NCBI RefSeq assembly: GCF_006345805.1
Contig: NC_042998.1
Span: 26,102,001 to 26,166,000, forward strand
DNA from: Octopus sinensis
Taxonomy: Eukaryota
Direction: 5' to 3'
DNA length: 64,000 nucleotides
A model generated the notes under the pieces. The model saw only the letters and a program-made list of their open reading frames with translations, did no database searches and was not told the DNA's origin. Position 1 is the stretch's first letter, and each line of letters begins with the position of its first letter. Shown here piece after piece: positions 13,561-27,324 of this stretch. The translations under genes were made by a program, and so were the position numbers.

Positions 13561-15536
13561 AAACTGAAGCTTTGGCAAAATAATTAAAGTGTTTATATAT
13601 TTATAGCTAATAATAACATTAGATCTTTTGATCAATACCATCAACAAAGGAAATTTTAAATAACATCAACTATTTCTGATGTAACTATGACAACACACTG
13701 AAATTTAGCATAGGCATAAAAGAGTATGAAAAATAAAAAAAAGCAGCAGTAAAAAGGAATGTTTTCCTGAAAAATAAACGAACATACAAACATCTCCTAA
13801 AATCTGATTGATATTTACAGAGTGAAAAACATTGTTAAGTTCCGGATATTAAGTAATTTCTATATTACAAGATATTTGTTATATATGTATATACATGTAT
13901 ATACATCTGTATGTTTGTGTGGGGGTGTGTGTGCTTGTGTATGTATATATGTGTCTGTATGTATGTATGTATGTATGTGGCTGGATGGATTTATATGTAT
14001 ATATTATGTGCATATATATAGAAATATATATCATAAATATATATACATCTGTACATATAAACATATATATTTAGACATATATATATATATACATACATAT
14101 ATATATGTATATGTATATCTACATATATACATATATATATACATACATACATATATACATACGTACACACACACACATATATATGTATATATACACATAT
14201 ATACACATGTATTATTGGTTTGTTTGTTCATATATTTCCTTCTTCTAACATAATTTCAATCTCTAAAACTTATCTAGATATGAGGATATATGCATGCATC
14301 AATCTTTAATATGAAAAGGCACAAAGACACACCCACACATACATACACACACACATACACAATTATATGCAGACATACAGAAACACATACATCATATATA
14401 CACGCTCATACACATACATATTTACACAATTCGCATATATAAAAATATATATATATATATATGCAATATATACATTCATATATATATATATATATATAAA
14501 CATGCATAAACACACACATATATACATGCATAATAAATACACATATTCTACACACAAGAAATTTCTAAATATGTGCATTAGCACAAATATGAGTTGATAT
14601 AATTATATACAAAAACCATATTAACATACACAGAATGATCATTCAAACAATCAATACAACCAATGTATCCCACATGACGTTTTTCTTTCCTCATTTCAAT
14701 ATATCTTCCTTGAACTAAACTGCAGAATTACAGAGAGGAAGAGAGAAATCAGTCATAAAGCAGCATATTTTTTCACAATGTAGTAGCTTGCAGTTCCTCT
14801 CTAGTGAAGCGTCGATTCCAACACTATATATCTTGCAGTTGACAAACTGGATATTACTCATATGTCTTCAACACAGATACTTGATACATATATGTGTGAT
14901 GTGTGTGTGTGTGTAGGTGTATGTGGGTGGGTGTGTGTTTATATAAATATATACATATATGTAAATAAATAAATATATATATAGTGTGTAATATATAATA
15001 TATATACATATGTATGTATGTATACACACACACTTGCATGTATGTATATGCATGCACACACACAGACTCATAAATATAGACATGTACATGTATATATGAT
15101 GTGTGTATGTGTGTGCGTAAGGGTATGTGGGTAAGTGTGTGTGTGTTTGTATAAATATATACATATATGTATATATATATATATATATATACAGTGTGTG
15201 ATATATAATATATATATATATACATGTATATATATATGTATGTATGTATGTATATACACACACACTTGCATGTATGTATATGCATGCTCACACACAGACA
15301 CATAAATATAGACATGTACATATATATATATATATGTGATATACAATATCTTAATATAAAAATGTGTATGTGGCACACATGTGTGGGTGTATATGTATGA
15401 GCGTGTGTGCATCCACAAACGAGTGTATGTATATACATACAAATACACAAGCAGACACACAGAGAGGCAGGATACAGACAGATACAGCCAGAGAGATATG
15501 CATAAATATGTATATATGTACCCCCATATGTATGTA

Positions 15537-15614
<78 letters not shown>

Positions 15615-15690
15615 CATATATATATATATCTATTAATATATATGTATATATATATGCATGTATATATATATACATACAAACATATATATG

Positions 15691-15726
<36 letters not shown>

Positions 15727-15758
15727 CACACACATATATATTATATATATATATATAT

Positions 15759-15815
<57 letters not shown>

Positions 15816-15830
15816 ATATATATATATATA

Positions 15831-16956
15831 TAGGTCAAAAGTGTAAGTGGAAATGGCATGGAAGTATATTCAAATTTTTTTTACTTTTTTATTAATCGGT
15901 CAGGATGAATATTTAGATTTTTGTTACATAAGTGACTTTTATAAGATATTACCAGTTCAATGTGTATGTCCATCTTATCAAATATTAAAAATTAAAATCA
16001 AAAATTAGAATTAAAAATTTTTTAATTTTCTAAATTTTGACTTTGTATTTTTAATATTAAGATGGATAAGATGGACATATACATCAAAACCAGTAATACT
16101 TTATCAAAGTCACTAAATGATTAAAGAAAAAAAGAAAAAAAATTTTTAAAGAGTTTTTAAACATACTACCATGCTGTTTCCACTTTTGCATTTTACCTAT
16201 AAAATTGATTTGTATGGATTCTTAATCCCTTTCGAACTATCATCATCATCATCATCGTTTAACGTCCGTTCTCCATGCTAGCATGTGTTGGACGGTTCAA
16301 CCGGGGATCTGGGAAGCCAGAAGGCTGCACCAGGCTCCAGTCTTATCTGGCAATGTTTCTACAGCTGGATGCCCTTCCTAACGCCGACCACTGCGTGAGG
16401 AAGGGCATCCAAAGCATGTATACATATACATCTATACATATACATCTTTATATATACATATATTTTTTTTTTTTTCTTTTTTTACTTGTAACCACATGTG
16501 AATCGTTGGCAATTTCCTTCCTCCATCTTCTTTTCTATTGGACTTTCCTCTGTTTCTGAAGAAGAGTGTCTGCTCGAAACATTAAACCATCTTTCTTTCC
16601 TTCCCTGAGCATCTGCTAATACTTTACATGTACCACGTCCTCATGTTTTTGTGCTTGTTCTTCTTTTTGGGGATTTACGATATATATATATATCATCATC
16701 ATCATCATCATCATTTAGCGTCCGTTTTCCATGCTAGCATGGGTTGGACGGTTCAACTGGGGTCTGTGAAGCCAGGAGGCTGCATCAGCCCCAGTCTGAT
16801 CTGGCAGTGTTTCTACAGCTAGATGCCCTTCCTAACACCAACCACTCCGTGAGTGTAGTGGGTGCTTTTCACGTGCCACCCGCACAGGCGCCAGACGGTG
16901 CTGGCAAACGGCCACAAATGGATGGTGCTTTTATGTGCCACCGGCACGGGGGCCAG

Positions 16957-16987
<31 letters not shown>

Positions 16988-17239
16988 TACACACACTTAT
17001 GCTGTGTGCATGTGTGTATTTATATTACTCTTTCTCTCTTTTACTTGTTTCAGTCATTTGACTGTCGCCATGCTGGAGCGCCGCCTTTTAGTTGAGCAAA
17101 TCGACCCCAGGACTTATTCTTTGTAAGCCTAGTACTTACTCTATCAGTCTCTTTTGCTGAACCGCTAAGTTACGGGGACATAAACACACCAGCATCGGTT
17201 GTCAAGCGATGTTAGGGGGACAAACACAGACACACAAAC

Positions 17240-17283
<44 letters not shown>

Positions 17284-17839
17284 GGCGTTAGGAAAGGCAT
17301 CCAGCTGTAGAAACATTGCCAGATAAGACTGGAGCCTGGTGCAGCCTTCTGGCTTCCCAGATCCCCGGTCGAACCGTCCAACCCATGCTAGCATGGAGAA
17401 CGGACGTTAAACGATGATGATGATGATGATGATGATAGTTCGAAAGGGATTAAGAATCCATACAAATCAATTTTATAGGTAAAAAGCAAAAGTGGAAACA
17501 GCATGGTAGTATGTTTAAAAACTCTTTTAAGATTTTTTTTTTTAATCATTTAGTGACTTTGATAAAATATTACTGGTTTTGATGTATATGTCCATCTTAT
17601 CCATCTTAATATTAAAAATACAAAGTCAAAATTTAGAAAATTAAAAAATTTTTAATTCTAATTTTTGATTTTAATTTTTAATATTTGATAAGATGGACAT
17701 ACACATTGAACTGGTAATATCTTTCTAAAAGTCACTTATGTAACAAAAATTTAAACATTTATCCTGACCGATTAAAGAAAAAAGTAAAAAAAAACTTTAA
17801 ATATACTTCCATGCCATTTCCACATATACTTTTGACCTA
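15831..17839. repeat. Long inverted repeat: arms 15831-16385 and 17284-17839 (~555 bp), ~900-bp spacer
   Basis: taggtcaaaagtgtaagtggaaatggcatggaagtata.. pairs with ..tatacttccatgccatttccacatatacttttgaccta. Both arms carry the same family-B SINE fragment at the same site. Confidence 0.95.
16552..16588 (+). ncRNA. Minimal type-I hammerhead-ribozyme-like motif (Penelope-like-element type), probably decayed
   Basis: gttt-CTGAAGA-A-GAG-tgtctg-CTC-GAAA-C-ATTA-aac: core CUGANGA and GAAA with a 3-bp stem II and a gtt/aac stem I. Confidence 0.5.
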
Positions 17840-18082
17840 CATATATAAATATATATATATGTCTATATATATATGAACATATATATATATATGTTCAGAA
17901 CCACCCAGCGAACTTCCACCATGGGTCATCACAATTGCTTAAGGTAAAAAATGAATTCCTCGCTCTTTCGGAAACATCAATCTTCTGTATTGACCGCTTT
18001 CCACCACTTTGATCTGTTTTTTGTATTGAATACGTATCGCCACCGTGGGCCACTGCATCGAACACTTTGAACATATACTTCA

Positions 18083-18148
18083 AACTATATATCAACTATA
18101 CATGAACTATATATCAACTATACATGAACTATATATCAACTATACATG
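18083..18148 (+). repeat. 22-bp tandem repeat x3 (aactatatatcaactatacatg)
   Basis: Three exact copies, each made of two related 11-mers. Confidence 0.9.
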
Positions 18149-18332
18149 AACTCTAAGATGTCTGACTCCGTTGTGTATTATAAATGAATTTCTTGTGTTT
18201 GACGGCATGAGCTGTCTCTTTTTATATATAACTTTTTTGACAAGGTTCATTTCAGGAACTGAAACATGTTATAATGTATATATAAAAATTAAAAATTGTA
18301 TAATACAGCAGCATTTTCGAACTTCATTTTTT

Positions 18333-18379
<47 letters not shown>

Positions 18380-18545
18380 CACATATATACAAGGGGCTTC
18401 TTTCAGTTTCTGTCTACCAAATCCGCTCACAAGGCTTTGGTCGGCGCGAGGCTATAGTAGAAGACACTTGCCCAAGGTACTATGCAGTGGGACTGAATCC
18501 AGAACCATGTGGTTCGTAAGCAAACTACTTACCACACAGCCACTA

Positions 18546-18594
<49 letters not shown>

Positions 18595-18687
18595 ATGCAT
18601 ATGAATGTTTAAATATATATATATGTATATATATATGCATATGTATATATGTATTTGTGTGTATGTGTGTATGTATGTATATGTGTT

Positions 18688-18733
<46 letters not shown>

Positions 18734-19013
18734 CCCTCCTTCTTCCATTTTCCTGAGCGCCTAATAATAATAATACTGTAATTGTTCCACGTGTTGTTGT
18801 TTTTTCTGTTTTCCCGTTTGGATTAACCTTACATATATATGTATATGTACGTGTGTGTGTGTGTGTGTGTGTGTATGAAGTTCATAACGAAGCCTTTGTT
18901 TTCCCCGTCATCGCCCTTTCTTATTTCCACTCCATACTCATCTAACACTTTGTTCTGAAACATACATGTATTGAGTTCTACACCATGTTATCAATCTCCC
19001 AATTCCTAAGTGA

Positions 19014-19055
<42 letters not shown>

Positions 19056-19510
19056 CCAAGTGCTTGAATGTAAATACATAAACACACACAGAAGCATCAT
19101 TCTAGTAATGTTTCATCACTTTTTATAAATATTTTTGCAGTGAATTTCTTGAAAATACACTATTTTACATGAACAGGTTCATCTTAGTTCCTGTTTTAAA
19201 GTACAGTCTATAATCTACTAATGTAAAGGATTTAGTGACTGGTTCTAATATTTACGTTCTTGTGTTGACTAACTGAAGGGTCCCAATTCAATCTTGATTG
19301 AGTGTATCTATGAGGAAATGTATTCCAATTATAACAATTTCATCCATTTGTATTTTCATTCACACCATCCAACCATCCAATGTGTCTTTCTTGTGGAACT
19401 AATTTTCACAAAATTTCAGTTTTCACTAGGATTTCTGTAAAATTATATATATATTACAGAGATGTACTTGCATAGCAAGTGACCTGATCTGAGACCGTGT
19501 GCTGGAACGA

Positions 19511-19799
19511 AAACAATTGCAGCATGGAAGGTGTTTATAAACCATTTAAGAAACACAAAATCCGTTAGATTCACTTCAAAATTTAGATTTAATTTGTCAA
19601 AATATTTTTCCTTGCTTTGAGACCGCGACCTGTTCACTGACAAAATTCCATGCTGCATCACAGAATTTTGTCAGTGAACAGGTCACGGTCTCAAAGCGAT
19701 GAAAATACTTTGGCAAATTAAATTTAAATGTTGAAGTGAATCTAACGGATTTTGTGTTTCTTAAATGGCTTATAAGCACCTTCCATGCTGTAATTGTTT
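19511..19799. mobile_element. ~290-bp palindromic MITE-like element
   Basis: aaacaattgcagcatggaaggtg..cctgttcactgacaaaatt pairs with aattttgtcagtgaacagg..caccttccatgctgtaattgttt around a short loop. Confidence 0.85.
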
Positions 19800-19820
19800 A
19801 TGTATATATAGATAGATAGG

Positions 19821-19910
<90 letters not shown>

Positions 19911-20778
19911 GATAGATACATATGTATATGTATATGTTGTTTGTTCATTCAAAGTTCTAACTCTCCATGAATTTTATATTTTAAAAATTTCTGGATGCTG
20001 CTGTCTTTTGAAGTTTCCCTATATTGTTGTTAAAACCATGAAATAGAGAATAATAAACAGTCCAACAACCGATGAGGAGTTATCTTCTTTTGGTATTTTG
20101 TCCTGTACTTTTCTCTCATGTGTTTACATATTTTTCACTCGTTGGTGATGTCCTGTACTCATATATGCATATGTATATATACATATATATGTATGTATGT
20201 AAATATATGTATGTATATATGCATATACATATATATATTATTTATATTATTATATGATTGAACACCACGCATCCATTTCTAAGTTTATATATATATATAT
20301 AATTTTTTACTTATATATTCATCATCATCATCATCATCATCGTTTAACGTCCGTTCTCCATGCTAGTTTATTCATTTTGTACTTTTTGTGATCTAGTTAT
20401 ATATTTTAAAATATATACTATATTTTATTTTTTATTTATGATTTAGTTTATGTCTGTCATTGTTTGAATTACATAATAGTGGTTTTTCTCTAATTTATAT
20501 ATATTTTATATTTATATTGTGAAATTTGATTTAATACTAAATTGAATTTTTCCCTGTAAGTTTGGAGTTATATATACTCCCTAATATTATATATATATAT
20601 ATATAGAGAGAGAGATTGGTGCAGGCATATCTGTGTGGTAAGAAGTTTGCATCCCAACCAGATGGTTCTTGATTCATTTCCACTGCATCACACCTTGGGC
20701 ATGTGTCTTCTACCATAACCTCAGGACAACCAAAGCCTTGTGAGTGGATTTGATAGATGGAAACTGAAAGTAGCCCAT

Positions 20779-20809
<31 letters not shown>

Positions 20810-21973
20810 TGTGTGTGTGTGTGTGTGCATACCTATGTATGTATATTGAAATATTAAAATGTTTAAGTGTAAAGGCCACTCAGAAATAAATACTGGTAAT
20901 TGGCAATGATGTTGAAACAGATACTATAATTTCTCTCTGGACACAAATCCATGTTTCAAAGTCTTTCATATGTAAAATAAAACATATGATACTCTCATCA
21001 GTGAAAGACAGAAAAAGAACATCAAAACTGGATTACATTTATTATATTCAAATTAGTAAAGCCAAAAAAGGAAAGTTAGACAGACAGAATGTAGCTGAAA
21101 ATCGATAAACCATTCATAAATTTTTCCTGGAAAATCTTTAGGAAAGTAACATATTTTACAAGAGCACTTGAATCTGCATCTTAGAGAAATGGGTTTGCAT
21201 ATTAATAATATTATAGAAATAAATATTTTGCAAACATAACAAAGATGTATTTTTTGCATAACGTATTTTAGCAGAAGAGCTTGGTAATATGAAAATAAAT
21301 TCATGTTTAGAATGTTAGCACATGGAAATATTAAAACTGGTTAAGAAAAAAACCTATTTGTAAATAAATACTAGCTATATATATTTAAAAAATATCTACA
21401 TAAACATATATTTTACTCAGAACGAGAATTTCTTTTTCTCGGAGTCTCACACTTAATTCTTTTGTTAGTATGTTTCTGTCAAAACATACCGCTTTTGTTT
21501 CGGTTAATTTTGGAAATAATAAATAATTTGCTAATATAACTAAAGCTGGTTGTGAATTATAGATTAACAAGCAATTTTGAGGGAAGATTTTTGTTTAGAT
21601 TACTTTAAAAACGGGAAATTTGTATCATAGAACTGGAAATGTTCTTAAATGGGTTGGTATCAAAAGGGTTGAAAGTAAAATTTGTGTTGGCCACATTAGC
21701 AGAAAATGGAGAAAATTGTCAGAATGTGTTGCTTATTATATACGGACTAGTAAAACCAGAATGATAGAAATAGTGCCAAGATATCAATATGTCTTTAATG
21801 ATGTTTGTGTCTGTAAAATCATTCACAGTGTTCTTAATTATTTTTTTAAAATGCTTTATTCTTTGTTATGCTAGAAAAATATTTATTTCTATCTTTAAAA
21901 TAATTGACCATTTACGTAAGATGTTTTTAAATACCATTCATCAATATTTCAATTATATTTGTATTTTTTACAG

Positions 21974-22049
21974 GTTTTTTCTTCAGTTATATCAGTCTGT
22001 ATATCATCAGTATATCTATCACGAATTTCTCTCTTTGTGTCTTTTGCTG
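21974..22049 (+). CDS. Candidate 76-nt exon, hydrophobic in two frames (e.g. VFSSVISVCISSVYLSRISLFVSFA)
   Basis: gtattttttacag acceptor, ctg/gtaaga donor, all three frames open. No homology recognised. Confidence 0.3.
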
Positions 22050-22315
22050 GTAAGAATATGTTGTATTTTTAATGTAAACTAGTTAGAAACATGAAGTCAT
22101 TTTTTGGGAAAAACTTATAAAAATGGGTATGAATTTATTTTAACATGTATAACCAATATTTTTTTAGTATATTTTCATCTTAGCCAGTTTTATATTTCAA
22201 GATATCATCACTCTAAACATGAATTATTCTTTCGTATTTAATCAGCTCTCTGCAAAAACACTTTATGCACAAAATGATACCATAATGCATGTGTCGCCCT
22301 ACAGCTTGCAATATA

Positions 22316-22403
<88 letters not shown>

Positions 22404-23872
22404 GTTATGCAAAAGTGTCATAAGTCCAAAACGTTGCTTTTTCAGAAAATGAAAAAATAGTTTCACCATGCCATTTTTTAAATTCTTTATTACATTAGCA
22501 ACAGTTTCAGCTTAAGAATGATACTTTGTTGGGTGCATAAAATCATAACTCTATGCATGTACGATATTTTCAGTCAGAAATATTTTTTGCAAAACTGTCG
22601 TATGTGGGACTTACTACACTTTGGAAAAATACTAAACCGTTGTACTACACTTTGACAATTTTCATATTTTGGCATCTGAAGCAGTTGGAGGTACAATAGT
22701 TTGACCAAACGAACTGGTTATTGCAATCAAAATTAAATATGAAAAAAAAAACGCATTTGGCCAAATATGGACATATGACAGTTGACATAATAGCAACGAA
22801 ATATACATATATATATATTTATATACATATAAAAGGAAGTAAGAAAATGGAGATATAGCATTTAATAAAAATTTATTATCAGCTAAAATCAAATATGGTT
22901 CCTTACAACTATTTCAATTAGGCTTAATAGATTAAATAGTAATTAATAAAATCATTATATTAAGCAAAATGTCTTCAGTAGGGTAGAAAAAGGTATACCG
23001 CTAGGTTTTCAAATGTTGTATTTTAGAAGCATCACAGCAATATATATATATATATATATCATCACAGTTTCATCATCATCATCATTTTAATGTTTCCATG
23101 CTTACATGAGTCAGATGAAACTACTTTGGGGCAGTTTTTTTACAGCCGGATGCCCTTTCCAATGCTGACCCTCACCTGTTGCCAAGCAAGATGATAATCC
23201 ACCCCACCTTCACTTCAGTCTATCAAACAACAAACAGCCCAGACATAGTGACATAAAAAACTGGAAGCACCATTTGAATGAGCATTTTGCTTACTATCAG
23301 TGAACATGCATGAAGATGATGGGGTATACAAACACACACACACTTATACATGCGCATACACACACACACTTATACATGTGCATACACACACACACGCACG
23401 CACACAAACACACACACAAATATGTATATATACAAAACTGGCACTCTGCCGGTTATGATGATAAGGGTCTCAGTTGTTTCAGTCAACAAAACACAGCCTG
23501 CTAGTGCAATTATCGTGCAAGTGGCTGAGTTCTCCACAGACCCAGGTGCCTTGAATGCAGTTCTCAGGGAGAGTCAGCGTGACACAGAATGTGACAAGGC
23601 TGGCCCCTTTGAAATACAGGTACCATTTATTTTTGATAGCTGAGTAGACTAGAATAACATGAAACACACACACACACATACACACATACACACACACATA
23701 CACACAACCAGCTTCTTCAGTTTCGGTCTACCAATATTACTCATAAGATGCAGATTGACCAATGCCTATAGAACAGGGGGCAAGCCAACAACATCCAAGC
23801 TGCAGGACCAAACTCCTAGCTGCATGGTTCCAAAGTCAACTTCTTAACCACATACTCATGCCTGTGTGTGAG

Positions 23873-23903
<31 letters not shown>

Positions 23904-24478
23904 ACACACTTGCATGCAAACATACACACACACACACACATATGCTTAAAACAGAAAGTGGACATTGATTAATGACACCATAATTTAATTGTTCAAACAT
24001 GCTGCAGTTAATAATTCTAAATAAATCAATTTATCAAACAGCAAATATATATATACTGCTGCTAGTTCTCTACAGGGCTAAACCTCACAGAAAAAAAAAA
24101 TATTTAAATATTACAAGGACGGCCCTGCATACAAATGTATGCAAAGGTATAGATTTTAGCAATTTTATGCATGTTGGCTTGAAAATTATGAGATAAAATG
24201 TGTTTGTATGTATGTGATAAATAAATAGAAAGAGAGAGAGGGAAGAAAAAGGGAGAGGGAGAGCTGAGGGGGAGAGAGAGAGAGAGAGAGAGTAAGGGGG
24301 GAGAAAATGTGTGTAGATAAGTGAGTAAGAAAATTCCAGTTTGGTATATTAGTTATTTCTGGTTTTGAAGCAATAATCAATACAAAATTCATGTACATCG
24401 GGTATATTTTTATGATCGTATTTTTTATCATCATCCTTATTATTATCATTATCATTATTATCATTATTATTATTATTA

Positions 24479-24526
<48 letters not shown>

Positions 24527-26697
24527 TTATTATCATTATTATTATTATTATTATGGCTTTTTTTCTTTGCAGAAAATACTCCAGTTTATTTGTTTGTTTA
24601 ATAATTCATTTATTTTTCTTCTTCAGTTTGTTTAAACAATAACACAAGATTCAGAGTTTTGTTGTTTCCTAGAACGTTAAGCTAAACTGCAGTGAAAATT
24701 TTTAGCCGTTTATACTTTTGTGCTTTAGATATAATTCCATGAATAAATTTTCATTGTAAGGTTTCATCAGCGTATTCATATAAAATACAAACTATGTGAC
24801 TACTTTTGTACATAGCAGATGTTCTGAAGTATCTTCAGGGAACAAGCATTATTCTATAATAGCAATATCTCAGACTATTATGAAAGTAGAAATCTTCTTA
24901 GAATCAATAAAATAACAAAAAATATAATATAATGAGACTTCACATTAATTGAATGAAAAATGAATATTTCATGCCAGAATATTAAAGTAGTTGCAGAAAC
25001 AAAAAAAAACTAGCTCCAAATTACCTAATATTTTTTCATTTCTTAAAATATGTAATATATACGTACAGAGATTCATACATACATGAATACATACATTCAG
25101 GCATACATACATATACATATATACATACATTTGCATATACATACATTAATGTAATATTAATATATATGAAAATGTATGCATAGATGGTTTTTGTTTTTTG
25201 TTTTTTTTTTTACTCATCTATTCATTCGTTAGCAGAGACACACTTAATGCATGACACAGAACACACCCCCATATAAATATGCACTTGTAGACATATATAT
25301 TCGTTCTAATTTATCACTGAATATTGGGTGCACTAACTATATAAAGCCATGACTACTACTGCTACTACTACTACTACTACTATATGATTTATGTGCATGT
25401 GTGTGTGCATATATTTATATGTATATATATATATATATATACATATATATAAATATACACCGACACAGACACACACACCACACACATATATACGACAGGC
25501 TTCTTTCAGTTTCTGTCTACCAAATCCACTCACAGGGCTTTGGTCGGCTGGAGGATATAGTAGAAGTCACTTTCCCCCAGATTGCCATTCAGTGGGACTG
25601 AACACAGAACCATGTAGTTGGTAAGCAAGCTACTTACCACACAGTCACTCCTGCACCAATATATATATATAGATATATATATATATATATACCGAAGTAA
25701 GCACATAAATGTGAAACAAGGTGGAAAAAAGAGTACTCAAATAGCAGAGGTAGAGTAATATGCTTTATTTAAAAGCAGCAGAAATATAACAAAAGCTGTT
25801 ACTCAGGGTTTCACATTCCCATTTGCCGTACAGTTTTGTTAAAAAAGAAAAGTTCTGGAGCAGACTCCTGGCTTGCCAGTCATCAATCAAACTGTCCAAC
25901 CTATGACAGCATGGAAAGCAGATGTTAAATGCTTATGATGATGATGATGATGATGATGATGATGTTGTGTGTGTGTGTGTACACATGCACATGCAGAAAA
26001 TATGAACATGTACACATACACACATACATGTACAGGTGTAAAAGATAAAAGTACATGAATACACATTTCTCAATTCCTTGTTTGTCTTCCCTATATATGG
26101 TAATGGTTAGGATTATGATGATGATGATGGATCAACCTGATTTCGATTTCAACAACCAGCATTGAGTTGTTCAATCAGCTGGGTTACCTAGAGAGGATTA
26201 GATTAATACAGACGTAACAGAGAATTCCACAGTATATATAAATTCTTTTATTCCTTTGTTTCAGTTATTTGACTGTGGCCATGCAGCCACACCGTGTTTA
26301 GTCAAGCAAACGGACCTCAGGACTTATTCTTTGTGAGCCTGGCACTTATTCTATTGATCTCTTTTGCCAAACCACTAAGTCATAGGGACATAAACACAAC
26401 ATCAGTTGTCAAGTGATGTTGGGGGAACAAACACAGACACAAAAACATATACATACACACATATATATATATATATATACATACACATATATATATATAC
26501 ATACATTTATATATATATATATGTGTGTGTATATATATATATTTATATTATATAGAGGGCATTTATGTGTAATAATGCCCTCTATATAATATAAATAAAT
26601 ATATTTAAGTGAAAAAATTGGTGGATTTTTTTCTCTTATGAGGTTTTTCACGCTGACTACTTGATAAATTCATATAAATATCTTATCCTATTTTTAA

Positions 26698-26733
<36 letters not shown>

Positions 26734-26947
26734 TCCAGGCTAGACATTCCTATGCAATTTTGTTCAATGTTTTACCCATTCAGGTGTGGGGAAACAAATT
26801 CAGGATTTACCTGTGAGTGAGGGATTGTGTAATTGTTTATCCTAAACAATTCCACATTTTCCCTATCATTTGATAGGGTTAGCCAGATCTTGATTATATC
26901 AGAGTGTTGATAAGGTAACTACCTGGATTCCAAATCCCTTTTCCTTT

Positions 26948-26988
<41 letters not shown>

Positions 26989-27071
26989 CAGATTCAGTTG
27001 AACTAGGTACTTAAGTTGAAGCACCAGTTCCATGTGGTATTATCCATACAACTCAAAGTAACATGAATAAA

Positions 27072-27222
27072 ATCAAAATAAGCAACAGGATATCAAGAGG
27101 TGATGCAGTGGCTCCATTTAATTGAATAATGCAATGATGTAATGATTGCATTGTTCAATTAAATGAGCCGCTTGAAACGGTCGTACTGCATCACCTCTTG
27201 ATATCCTGTTGCTTATTTTGAT
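27072..27222. repeat. 151-bp hairpin element with a 38-bp perfect outer stem
   Basis: atcaaaataagcaacaggatatcaagaggtgatgcagt is the exact reverse complement of actgcatcacctcttgatatcctgttgcttattttgat. There is also an inner ~21-bp stem. Confidence 0.9.
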
Positions 27223-27279
27223 ATATAAATATATATATATATATAATACATATATAATACATATATATATATATATATA

Positions 27280-27324
<45 letters not shown>

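Noticed and set aside
17890-18260. CpG-rich stretch, possibly a Penelope/GIY-YIG remnant
   Set aside because: No recognisable motif in any frame I translated. Left unassigned.
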